DNA from: Vermamoeba vermiformis
Taxonomy: Eukaryota
DNA: 64,000 bases
Assembly (NCBI GenBank): GCA_045837725.1
Contig: JBEWZL010000266.1
Location: 496,001 to 560,000, forward strand
Direction of reading: 5' to 3'
Part shown: positions 11,224 to 22,303 of the stretch, piece by piece
Position numbering within the stretch: position 1 is the stretch's first letter
Layout: each line of letters begins with the position of its first letter
Notes under the pieces: model-generated
What the model saw: the letters and a program-made list of their open reading frames with translations, nothing else
Told to the model about the DNA's origin: nothing
Database searches by the model: none
Translations under genes and position numbers: made by a program

Positions 11224-14200
11224 TTATTTCTTAAGATCAGGAATCTTCTGAACGAGTTGCTTGAAGAACTCAGTGCCCTTCGCTGAGTTACCAAAAACGT
11301 TCAACGCTGGCGAGTACACAACGAGACCTCCAACGTTAGGAATTACGGCCATAATAACTCCTGCTTGGCTGCTCTTCGCAGGCAAGCCGACAGTTGCTTG
11401 CCTAAAAAAATCGTTAGATCGTGATCCAGATCAACCAATGTTGTTGTTATTTGTCAATTAAAAACTTACCAATCCTTAGAGTCGTTGTTCAAACCGCATG
11501 AATCCATAAAACTCAACGTCTCTTGTACGCATTCGGCTTGTGCGAGGTTAGCTTTGGTCAAGATGTGCGTGCCGTTATTAGCGAGGTTGGCGGCAATCAC
11601 CGCGAGAATGTTCGTGTTTGCTTCGATGGAATGCACTTGATTGAAGATGTCTGCGAGCTCCTTTACATCCGTGGCGGTGGTAATTATGTTTTGCTCTTTC
11701 TGTAATAAAAACTTTTAGCATCGAGTGTAACAGATCCGAGACGAGAAACGTACCAAGAAAGTTCCCATATTAACGACTTTGCTGAAGCAGAAGCGAATAG
11801 ACAGATAATCGGCCATGCAGCACTGCAACGGCATGTTGTTGCCGCTCTCAGACACGAACTGATTGTTATTCTTGGCGTCGTAACCTTGCATCAAGGTCGA
11901 CATGTAATTCAGCACAGACGAAATTCTATCCCACGGATATTTCACGCCCTAGGAGCGTTAGGTGAGTAAAGCGTGAGTGAATTATAGGAATCTATTATTA
12001 GACTTACAGGCATCTCAGTCAACCACGAGCACATCGTGTAGGCACCAGGGAAGTAGAACGGATTTTGAAGCGTTCTGTCGCACACACCGACCACATAAGC
12101 TGTCGCCTCCTTGGTTTTGAAAGCCGCAGAGACTTTGGAAGGCAACTTCTCTCGCATCATGAGGAACAACAATGGCCACGCAATGTCCGACAGAGGGAAG
12201 TTAGCGTTGCTGTCACCAATGGAGAAAGTCTCGCCAGTAACCGAACAAAACGCCGCAGCGAATTTGTTAGTATCTTGCATGCCCAAATAAGGATCAGACG
12301 CGCACTTCTGCCACGTGGCGCTTGGTTTCATCGCCTTCACAGAGTTGTACACCTCTCGCATTGCTGCAGTAATGGCAGCGAACTTGCCACTCGGCTTGGC
12401 CTGCGCGTTATTAGCAGGGGTTGGCGTGGGTGTAACGGTCGTCTTGGCGGGTGTAGGTGTTGGATTGACGTTCGTTTTGACAGGCGCAGGTGTGGCCGTT
12501 GTGGTACTTGGATTTGATCCCGTGCCCGTGTTTGCCACAGTGCGAGGAGCTACTTCAGGTGCAGACGTATTGCTTGCATTCGAGAATCCTCCGCTGTTGC
12601 GATGACCGCCAGAGAATCCAGAGCTGAAGGGTCTGGCTTCAGGCTTGGGTTCCACAGTAGGCTGCGGCTCGACAGCTTTAGGCGGAGTTGCTGGTGTAGG
12701 TTGCACGGGCTCGAGGTCTTTCTTAATGCTTCCGCTCGCGCTCAAAGGTTGCGGGTTGTGAATTTGAATGCCAGAAGTGCGAAGTCCTTTCGCGTCAAGG
12801 CTTGGCGATCCTGGGTTTGTGCTCGCAGTTCGTCTTGGATTCTCGCGCATGCTTGCCGAGAAGGTTCGTTTTCTTTCTGGTTGTGGAACTGGCTCTTCTG
12901 GCTCTTCTAGACCAGCCATTGCGTTCAACTCAAACATTTGCTTTCACAGTACTTAGTCACCGGTAATGTCATTAACTTGCTTACCCTTGCTGCTTCTTCG
13001 CTTAACTCCTCGACATAAGCAGATGAGAACCATCCAATCACGTTCGTAGAACTTTCACCTGAGTAAAGACCGCCGCGTTAAATAGAAATGCATCGGCATT
13101 TACCGTCATACTATACCTTTCCACCATCCAGTTTCATCTTTCTCAATGATGTAGATATACTCGTCGACGCCAAAGCTCAGCTCGTTTGGATCTGATGCTT
13201 GATACTCGAACGTTGTTTTGCAAATGCCAATAATCTCGACCAGATTCGGTTTTACGATTTCTAAAGGCACGTCGCGTTATTACGCTGGCTTTCATAGGAT
13301 TCAGGACTTACCATCGGCAACGCCCGAGCGACGCGGACGAAGAGTCTCAGAGATGGGAATCTTTGGGCCAGCTCGCTTAATCACCTCGGAGTTTGAAGGA
13401 GGTCGCTTTACATTGCCCGGTGTAGAGGTGGGAGTATTTGCTTTGGGAGTCGTTGGCTGCGGTGTAGCAGTGGGTTGCTGTTGGACGGTATTGTTCACCG
13501 TTACCGGTGTTTGCATAACCTTAGGAGCGCCAGCTGTAGCATTAGGTTGGCGGGGCTGAGGGTTTGGTGCCTTGGTTTGGCCTGGCTGTACTGGCTGAGC
13601 TCCGGGCTGAGCGGCTTTTTTGGGTGCTACTGGAGGCGTAGTTTGTGGCTGAAAACGGTTTAAAAATATTAGTAAAATATTATTGAAGGTTTACATAAAT
13701 AATTTGTGCTATTCGTAGGTCACTTACCGTCGCAGGAAATTCTCTGACGTAATTGCTCGGGAAAAAACCAACTTTGCCTTTACATTTGCCTTTCCACCAA
13801 CCAGTCTCGTCTTTTGATATTACTGAAATAGTGTCGCCTTTGCGTATAGTCAGCTCGATGGGCTCTTCAGCTGTGTAGTTTCCGATCGCAACAACTTCTG
13901 AGATGTAGACTCCTGGATCGACCTCTTCTCGAAACAAAGAGGCCCAATTCTTGCCAACATCTTCTTTTTCTAAATAAATGTCGATGAAGCCAGGGTGACT
14001 AGCTTGATATTGACCGTTGGTGATGCTTCCGCACGTAATTCCCTAGTAAAATATTAATTTTTGAATTGAGTAAAGCAAAATTCTTTTTAGCAATAATTTT
14101 AACGTGCTTTTAGTACATTGTGCAGTAATTGATAGGCTAAATCTTAATTTTTTTTTGTTTTGAAATTTATTGTACCAGATGTATTTTGAATTTCTTACCT

Positions 14201-14345
14201 GCAGAATATTATTGCCGTCCTTATCGACAACTCTTATTGTTGTATTGGTCAGTTTAATTTCAATTCCTGCTGCTTCAAAAGGCAAGGGAACATCTTTAAT
14301 AATAACTTGATCCGCTGTTTGCGTCCACTGCAGATCTAAATTCAT
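11224..14345 (-). CDS. CS domain - SH3 - Pro-rich - SH3 - Pro-rich - glutaminase-like protein
   Basis: WTQTADQVII (CS); two SH3 (ELTIRKGD..GWWKG..GFFPSNYV; ELSFGVDE..GWWKG..GWFSSAYV); glutaminase motifs FCSVTGETFSIGD, VGLPAKS, YSPALNVFGNS. Confidence 0.8.
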
Positions 14346-15099
14346 TTGCAAGAGCGGAGTCGATAGTATTTAATATTAAGAGCAGTAGTGCTAATTTACC
14401 GCGAGTAAAAGCAAAATAAGGGAGGCAGTTCGATTTTCATATTTTAGCCGCGCAAGAAACCAGATGTAATTTTGATTAATTAGTTAAGCACCATAATAGC
14501 GACACGATATAGTTGAAGGCATTAGAGTCTTCGAAAATAATGCTTAGTGGCGGTTGCAAATAGATGCACAGCAGATTTTGTTTTTAAACAGATTTGAATT
14601 CAAATCAGCCCTAAATAATAAAATGACATTATAATGGAGAATATTTACAAAATATCGGTCTCTGCAAAAAGCATCGTAGGCAAACTTGTCAACGTTGATC
14701 CAGATTAGCAAAAAATAATTGTCAGGCCCGTTGCTTACCGGCTATTTCAATAGAAGATATGTGAAGCTTCAATCGGCAATGTATAGTTGTTGGCCTGGAC
14801 AAACCCAGCACATCTGCTGTCATGTCTCGCGGATTCCAGTTGGACTTTGGTCTGTTGTCCGCGTATCTAGTATCTGTGTGCAAAGCCTAGCTGTCGTTAT
14901 CTCTTTCGAACAGCGAATAGAAATCTCAATTAGATTTGACACGCGAAGATTTTGTTTCGAAAGCAAAAAAAGGCAAGAAGATTTTTTCACTTTCTTGAAC
15001 TCATTTCACAACAGCTTAGCACACCTCGTAAAGGTTTGTTAACACTTTCTGTATCTATATTGTATAGCCCCGTATTGTATATATCCTATTTTAAACAAA

Positions 15100-17599
15100 A
15101 TGGCCGCTGCCGACGTTGGTATGTTCGTGATCCGGTTTACCGAGCTCAGATGGAGTGCTGAAGCGTAGACAAATATTAATTCTTGCTATTTAGACATCGA
15201 TTCTATGGATTTCGAAGCTGAAGACAACATTGAGGTAATTAAATTTAAAAACTGTCGGAGTTATAAAAGATCTAAATTATTGGTGGATTAGCAAAAGCGA
15301 GAAAACCAAACCGAGAGTGAATACTTGGCCTATGTCGAGAGCATGAGGTAAATAAATTTTCTCGTGGCAATTTCGCGATGCTAATCAATCTTTGCAATTT
15401 TAGACAGGAGAAACTGAAGCGGATCGAGGAAGAGCGCATGAAGAGCCGTGAGATTAAGGTTCAGTTAAACAAGGCTAGCAGAGCTGACGCCGAGCCTAGC
15501 CCTCGTAAGACTGAAGAAAAAGAGCCTGAATGGGTGTCTAAGCGCAAATCCGTCACTGTCAATGCGCCCGTCAAGATCGAGAAAGATATCGTGACTAAAG
15601 AAGGTAAATTACGCACCTATTATCAATCGAACCTCACATTGAATCGTGAGATTCTGCAGTTTATAAATTTCGCTATCTTGAAGATTTTTGTGTGGGACGT
15701 TGTTTCGGATCCAAAAAACTAATTTGGCAAACGGATTGCAAATTTAATAGATTCAATTGTTTGAATTTTCTACTACTGCGGTATTGCCGTATACAGCGAT
15801 TTTTTGGCTCGTGCACAAATTTTATTTGTCGGCAATCCGCTTGGCGACTTTAACCTGAAAACAAATACCACTATAGCAGCAATAGATAATGCGAGCATTA
15901 ATTAACAATATTGTCTATTAGAACGAGATGTCACTGCTCCTTGGGCTAAAGATCTCAAGTTGAAAAAGTCAACCACAAAAGAACCAGCTCCTCTTGTTCA
16001 AGCCCCTTCCACACAACAAGAGCCTAAGGCACAAATTATTGCCAAGGGTGTTGCTTCTGGTGGCGAGAACCCATGGGGTGTGCAGTTGAAGAAAAACAGA
16101 CGTAAGTTTCAGTTAGTTTAGGAGATCCGCTGTATTATAGCGGAGCGTTGCAAGCATGCTTTTAACATGACATGCAATACTGATGTTAATACTACGGCAC
16201 GCTTTCAGTTCAAGTTTTCTTCAATTTGACAAGATCTGACAATTTTTATTAGCTGGTGAGACCGAAGAGCCCAAGCCCACTAAATCAGAGCCCGTGCCTG
16301 AATTTGTTCAAAAGAGCTTAGCTCGCAAATCAGTCAAACTTGATAAATCAGCACTCGAGAATGCTCAAAACAGCGGTACTTCGTCTAACCCGAGTTCTGC
16401 TCGTTCATCGGGACCTGCGTCTGCGCGTGCTCTGTCCGCTGTCGATGAAGACGCCGAAATTGAACGCATGGTGCGCGAAGAAATGGAACGTGAGGAGGCC
16501 GAGAGACGTAAGTCTTGTAAATGCAATGGCAGGGTGTCCGAGCTAGTTATTAACAGACCTTTTGAATGCAGAAAAGAAGCGCGAGGAAGAAAAGCGCAAG
16601 GCTGACGAAGAAGACAGATTGATCAGAGAAGAACTCGAACGTGAAGAAGCTGAATTAAGTACGTTAATACGAGTGCTTTGTTTAGTCAAACTAACAAGTT
16701 GCTTTCATCTCAAGAACAAAAGGAAGAAGAGCGAAAGGCACGTGAAGCCGAAGAGAAACGTAAGGAAGAGGAAGCCGAGGCCAAGCGCAAGGCTGAAGAG
16801 CAGGCCGAGAACGAGCGAGTAGCCCGTGAAGCTGAAGAAAAGCGCAAAGCTGAAGAGGCTGAGGCCAAGCGTAAAGAAGAAGAAGCTGAAGCCAAGCGAC
16901 TAGAGGAAGAGGAAGCTGAGAACAAGCGCAAAGCTGAAGAGGCTGAGGCCAAGCGTAAAGAAGAAGAAGCTGAAGCCAAGCGACTCGAGGAAGAAGAAGC
17001 CGAGAACAAGCGCAAAGCTGAAGAACAGGCTGAGGCAGAGCGATTGGCTCGTGAGGCTGAGGAGAAGCGCAAGGCCGACGAAGAGGCTGAAAACAAACGC
17101 AAAGCTGAAGAACAAGCCGAGGCAGAGCGATTGGCTCGTGAGGCTGAAGAGAAACGTGAAGCTGAAGCTGAGGCTAAGAGACGTGAAGAAGAGGCTGAAA
17201 ACAAACGCAAAGCTGAAGAACAGGCTGAGTCCGAGCGATTGGCTCGTGAAGCCGAAGAAAAGCGTCAGGAAGAAGAAGCCGAGGCCAAGCGCAAGGCTGA
17301 ACAAGAATCTGAAGCCAAAGTTGCTCCAACCGCTACTGCCGGTAAGTTTCAATTGAAACAATACTTTGTACGCGTATACTAATATTTTTAAAGGTGGTGT
17401 TGACTCTGCTACATTCGCTGCTGCTTTAAAGCGGGTTCAAGATCTCGAGGCTTGGGTTGAGAAGTCTCAAGGAGCTTTAACCTCATTAGAAAGCGATAAC
17501 AAGAGCCTTAAAGAGTCTCTGAGCCAAGTTAAAGAAAACAACGAGAAGCTGACAAAGGAAGTCGCTAGCTTGCAAAAGATCTTGGAAGGCCTGAACTAA
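15100..17599 (+). CDS. E/K/R/A-rich single-alpha-helix / coiled-coil protein, multi-exon
   Basis: ATG GCC GCT at 15100; long EAEAKRKAEE repeats; terminal coiled coil; stop at 17597-17599. Confidence 0.75.
16720..17320 (+). repeat. Coding tandem repeats (EAEAKRK / AERLAREAEEKR units)
   Basis: Near-identical DNA units such as AAGCGCAAAGCTGAAGAGGCTGAGGCCAAGCGTAAAGAAGAAGAAGCTGAAGCCAAGCGACT recur. Confidence 0.85.
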
Positions 17600-17774
17600 A
17601 ATTCCGCTTGTCAATTAATTTTAAAATCCCATGTATTTATTTTTGAGCAATAATGAATTAACTTCATCTCGCGAAGATGCAAGCGAACCATTGCTCGTCT
17701 TTTGAATAGAATAAAATCATTTTGAAATCGAAAGAATAATTTTACTGGATCTTATAAATACAATAACATAATAT

Positions 17775-18212
17775 TTATGGCAAGAAGGAAATGATCCACG
17801 AACCGAAGTTGAATACCCATGAAGTAATCGTGTAGGACAGAACTCGAGCTCCGGTGGATTTCAAAAAGGACCCTCCTTGATCTCGCATTGCGCGAACAGA
17901 GTTCTGCAACGCGTGATCTCTTTGTACTCGGGTAACATTTTTATGTTCGCATGAGAGGTCGTGGAGATAGCAGGCCATGTCCAAGCAGTCAATTGGCGGT
18001 TTTTCGTATTTGGGATCGTATTGGCCCCAGCCTCCATATACGCCATAAGTAACGCTCTTAAGACTAAATCCTAATTTTCCATAAGCATCTTTAACTGATA
18101 ACTCGAAGATTTTCTCCTTTCCAAGCTTCGAATCTGCGTCATCTACAACTTCGAGTGGAAAGTAATCGCGAAAATCGATTTTTACTTTTGGTCTTGGTTG
18201 ACTTGTGGCCAT
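17775..18212 (-). CDS. Small phospholipase A2-like protein (sPLA2 fold)
   Basis: Ca-loop-like YGVYGGWG and catalytic PIDCLDMACYLHD motif; single exon. Confidence 0.75.
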   Translation of the reverse strand: MATSQPRPKVKIDFRDYFPLEVVDDADSKLGKEKIFELSVKDAYGKLGFSLKSVTYGVYGGWGQYDPKYEKPPIDCLDMACYLHDLSCEHKNVTRVQRDHALQNSVRAMRDQGGSFLKSTGARVLSYTITSWVFNFGSWIISFLP

Positions 18213-18451
18213 TTGCGTGCGTCAGGTAAAACAATGCGGAAAAAATCACCTTCGTAATCTTCAAGACAAGTTGACGCGCCATTTTCCTGATCTCCTTTTT
18301 TTCAAAGTTATTTGCTCGTGCAAACAGCGTTATTAATATTATTATTAATTTGGTGTTCTTTGAGCTCAGTTTAAAATTAATTTGACCGTTGAGCTCAACA
18401 AATTTGATTTTTAAGCCAACGACACTTTTGTGCAGAACATGAGGCGCTACT

Positions 18452-18841
18452 ATGGACCACAACAAAGCAGAAACAATTACAAAATATCGGTTCGATAGAC
18501 GATGGTTTGCGGCGTTGGATCTTTCCATGTTCTCTACAGCTATGATAGTCAAGCCTAGATTAGGCTTTGGAATCTATTTTCCTGCTATTGTTGCATCACC
18601 GTGGGTACTAACAGCTGCAGGACATTATTTTGATGTGCTACCAACGACTACTCACGCTGTATCTGGCTTCGGCTACTCTCTTCTTACAGTTCATGCTTTA
18701 ATACTGGCCGGTCTCAATTATGATTACGAAAAATCAAACAGGAATACTCTCGTTGCCTATCGTCGCCAAATGCTTTACGTACCTCTGCTGATCGGATTTG
18801 CCGGCTTGAATTTTTATCAAGCAGTGAAAAAACGATTTTAA
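18452..18841 (+). CDS. Small multi-pass membrane protein, unknown function
   Basis: 129-aa ATG ORF with 3-4 hydrophobic segments. Confidence 0.6.
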   Translation: MDHNKAETITKYRFDRRWFAALDLSMFSTAMIVKPRLGFGIYFPAIVASPWVLTAAGHYFDVLPTTTHAVSGFGYSLLTVHALILAGLNYDYEKSNRNTLVAYRRQMLYVPLLIGFAGLNFYQAVKKRF

Positions 18842-19026
18842 ACGATTATGTACGGTTCAAATAGATATATATTTAATATTAACATTTTAATAAAGTGTGC
18901 GTTCGTGGGGTCGTAACCAACAAAACGCATATTTTCCTCGTGCAACCTAAAAACAAGTCCACAAGAGCTTATAACATAACGAATATTCAACACGTATCGT
19001 TAGCAACAGTAGTTCTCCAAGGTAGC

Positions 19027-21755
19027 ATGGCTGTAACAGAGGTACTACCGTCAACCCAGTTTCACTTTCTGGTTTACGTTTATGACCCGATTACAATTTA
19101 ACTGCGGACATAATAATTAAAAATTCTACAATATTTTCCGTAAATTCAACGTGCAAATTATTAAGGCAATTAATCATTGATCCATTTTAGGTTTTGATTG
19201 AACTGGAACTTGCGACGGGATTAGATCCTGTTAATAAAGAAGAACCTAACATTAGCAAGCATATAGCTACTACGCTTAGGAAATTGTTTCCCGAGCTGCC
19301 TCAAGTGTCAGATGCGATCGAGAACACAATTGTAGAAAAATCTGGGAACACCCTATTGCACCATAATATGATGCACTACCTCACTTTAGCATACAACAAC
19401 CATTTCTCCATCGTCATTTCACCAGATATGATCTTCTACACGATCTTGTGCGAACTTGCTTCGGCCATCAAAGACAAGCCAGATGCGTTCCGCTTTTTAT
19501 TCACAAATAGCAGCGAGAAAGTGGCATTGTTAACTCTGACGCATGATCCAGCATATTTGGACCTTGACCAAGTTATTGCAGGTAATTTTGATTTTTGAAG
19601 ATCTGGACCTTTGTGTCAACTCATACTGATAACGATGTTTATAGGAATTACATCGAATATAGCGGTTGATGCTTCAATATTCACTGCCGATTTTTCGTGC
19701 TCAACTACCGAATCTAGGCTGGCGATCAAAGCAGCATTTTGTGACGCGATGTCGCCCTACTTCCATTACATGAACACGCGCTGTGGAATTCCTCGGATTA
19801 AAGTACTTGGTTCGCAACAAGATTGGATCAATTTGGAAACTAAAGTTTATCGAATGGCCACCGAAGTCTTCAATCAAGTTGGCGATCAAAGATTAGCAAA
19901 GTATATTTTTGGTGCACAAGAAATTGTCAAAAAAATGCGAACTGAGACGGATCCAGGCTTTTGGAGCGGAATATTTAGCATTGATCAATGTCACTCTGGT
20001 CATACAGATTTGGTCGTCGGTTGGATTACTTCTTTATTCAGAAAAGGCGCCGACGATTTCTACAAGTACGACTCGCACATTTCATCAGTTGAATGGACCA
20101 ATCTCGAGACTGGCAACGAGTATCAGCTGCGAACTGGCCTGTTGTACAGCGTCATCAATGAAGGCACGTCTGAACTGGACAAACTATTCCCTTGGTATGT
20201 TATTGTGCTTAATCGGTAGTCGGGATTTTTGGATACCTAAATTTGTCCTGTCTAATTAATTAATGATATTTTTTTTAGGTTGGAGCCTCAATTTGCGCAC
20301 CTAGTAATGAACAAAAACTTGAAGATGAAGCCAGAGCAGTACAAAGAATACATCAATGCTGTGCTCAAGGCTGACGACAAGAAAATTTTTCTCGGCTTCT
20401 TCGACGTTTTGAAAGACGAAGCTTTAATGATCAAGAAAGGAGACAAGCCTGAGGTGCAGAGACTAGAGATTGTCGGCAAGCAGTTCGACTACTGGTCTTC
20501 GCATCCGGATCTTCCTGTGGATCTCGATTTAAATGAAGGCAGATTTGGCGCAGCATTGGAGAGCTACAATACCGAGCGATATATACGAGAAGCTGATGCT
20601 GTTTTCGAGAAGCTGAAAAGAGTACTTGACACGTGTCCAGTCAAACGTCTAGTTCTGCCCAACTGGCGCCACAACTTGCTATTCAACAAAAGTGCCCAAA
20701 TATTGCAACTTCTAGCTGGTAAATCTTCCTTAGAAGAATTGACCATCAAAAGCATTTCAGACAAAGTACTTAGCTCCCTGACCCAGTTGCTGACTCACCA
20801 AGAATGCCGAGTCCAAAGCTTCCGCATAGAAATACGCCGCGCATTTTCTTCAAAATATAGTCAAGAAATTGCAAGCGCTATGCTCAGCATGAAGAATCCG
20901 TTGAAGAAGTTTGCAACGCGGATTGTTCCCGAGATGAATTTAGCGGACGCGATTTACAAACTCGCTACGAATGGCACTTTGACTGGCATTCGCATCACTT
21001 TTGCTGATGGAGAAAAGGAAGTGCTGAGACGAGTCATTGAAGCCATGGTTCATGCAAAGGGGCTCGAGGAAGTTGAATTACCAAATTTGGAAACGGAGAA
21101 CGAACTCTTTCAGAAGTTGGCGAAAGCGTGGAAAGGCAATTCTACGATAACCAGCGTTGCAATCAATGGATGGAGCTACGGCGAAAGATTGCTTAATATG
21201 GCGTTATCTTTGCCCTCGTTGAATACGTTACGCCTGAGTGCTACTTCAGAATTTGATTTCCTGGCAGTTACGACAAAGTTAGAAAAGTTGGAAATCATGA
21301 CAAAAGTTACCCCAGTGGCCGCAGCGAACATTGCCGAATTTTTGGCTCGTGACACGTGTCAACTTCAAGTCTTGATCATCGACGCTTTCTCTGCTTTAGA
21401 ACCCAATGCCTTGATTGCGTTGAGTGCAGGATTGGCAGAGAATCGCTCACTCAAAACGTTCAAATGCGAGTTGGTTGAGAACAATGACGAAGGAGTCGAA
21501 GAATTGGCGCAAAGTCTCGTAACACAACAAGGACTCGAAGAGATCAAAATCAAGGGTTACTTAAGGGGTCCAGTGGCACAAGAACATTTTATCAAATTTA
21601 TCGAAGAGAGCAAAACGATCAAGAAGGCATGCTTCAGTTTGCGATATTTTAACGATGTTCCTGAGTGGCCTCAACGAGAGCGGTTAATCAACGCAATTCA
21701 AACTAGCAACACGTTAACCAAACTGAAGCTCATTGGTTTGAAGAAGAAACAATGA
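19027..21755 (+). CDS. DUF4419-like domain fused to RNI-like leucine-rich repeats
   Basis: AYNNHFSIVISPDMIF, MSPYFHY..CGIPRIKVLGSQQDW, then LRR-like LSAGLAENRSLKTF..EGVEELAQSL. Confidence 0.75.
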
Positions 21756-22303
21756 ACAAGTTGAAGATTCACGAATAAGGTCCGCGACCATTGATCAGTA
21801 AAGTAAACAGAGGATCTGAGGTTAACTTGTAAGAAAAGATGATTTATTTGTTTAGAGCAGGAAATTCCCTAACGGCACTCACTTGCAACTGATGCATGAT
21901 CACAAAGCGGATGTGGCGCATCGATGCCTCTAGTCGTTCCCTGCACTGAAAAAGATCATGTGACTGGCAATCGCAGTGCGGCTCTGCGGCTAATCAATAC
22001 CTCAAGAGCCGTGGAATCGGTTTCAGACAGGTTTCTGTGTCGTTTCCATATTTGGATGGAATTTCATCAGAATCTAGTCTATTCTTTAACGTTGGGCGCC
22101 AAAAATTTGTTTTGCACAAGAGCTCATATTATTCACTATTTTTTGATGCTAACCACATCTCTCACGTCAATTGGTAAGGAACTCGATCTTGATCCGTGAA
22201 ATCTCAACTTCGATGGACTCATTCTGACCTTATAATATATATTTTTATTTATTATTGAGCCCAGTAAATTAATCAATCATTTTTTAGTGGTTCACTGACG
22301 CGG

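Noticed and set aside
16720-17320. Repeat array as CRISPR or satellite
   Set aside because: In-frame coding repeats with no unique spacers; eukaryotic context.
16710-17361. Minus-strand Ser/Ala/Phe-rich ORFs
   Set aside because: Antisense shadows of the E/K/A repeat exon.
20164-20278. Possible GC-AG intron
   Set aside because: Phase only fits the GT donor at about 20195.
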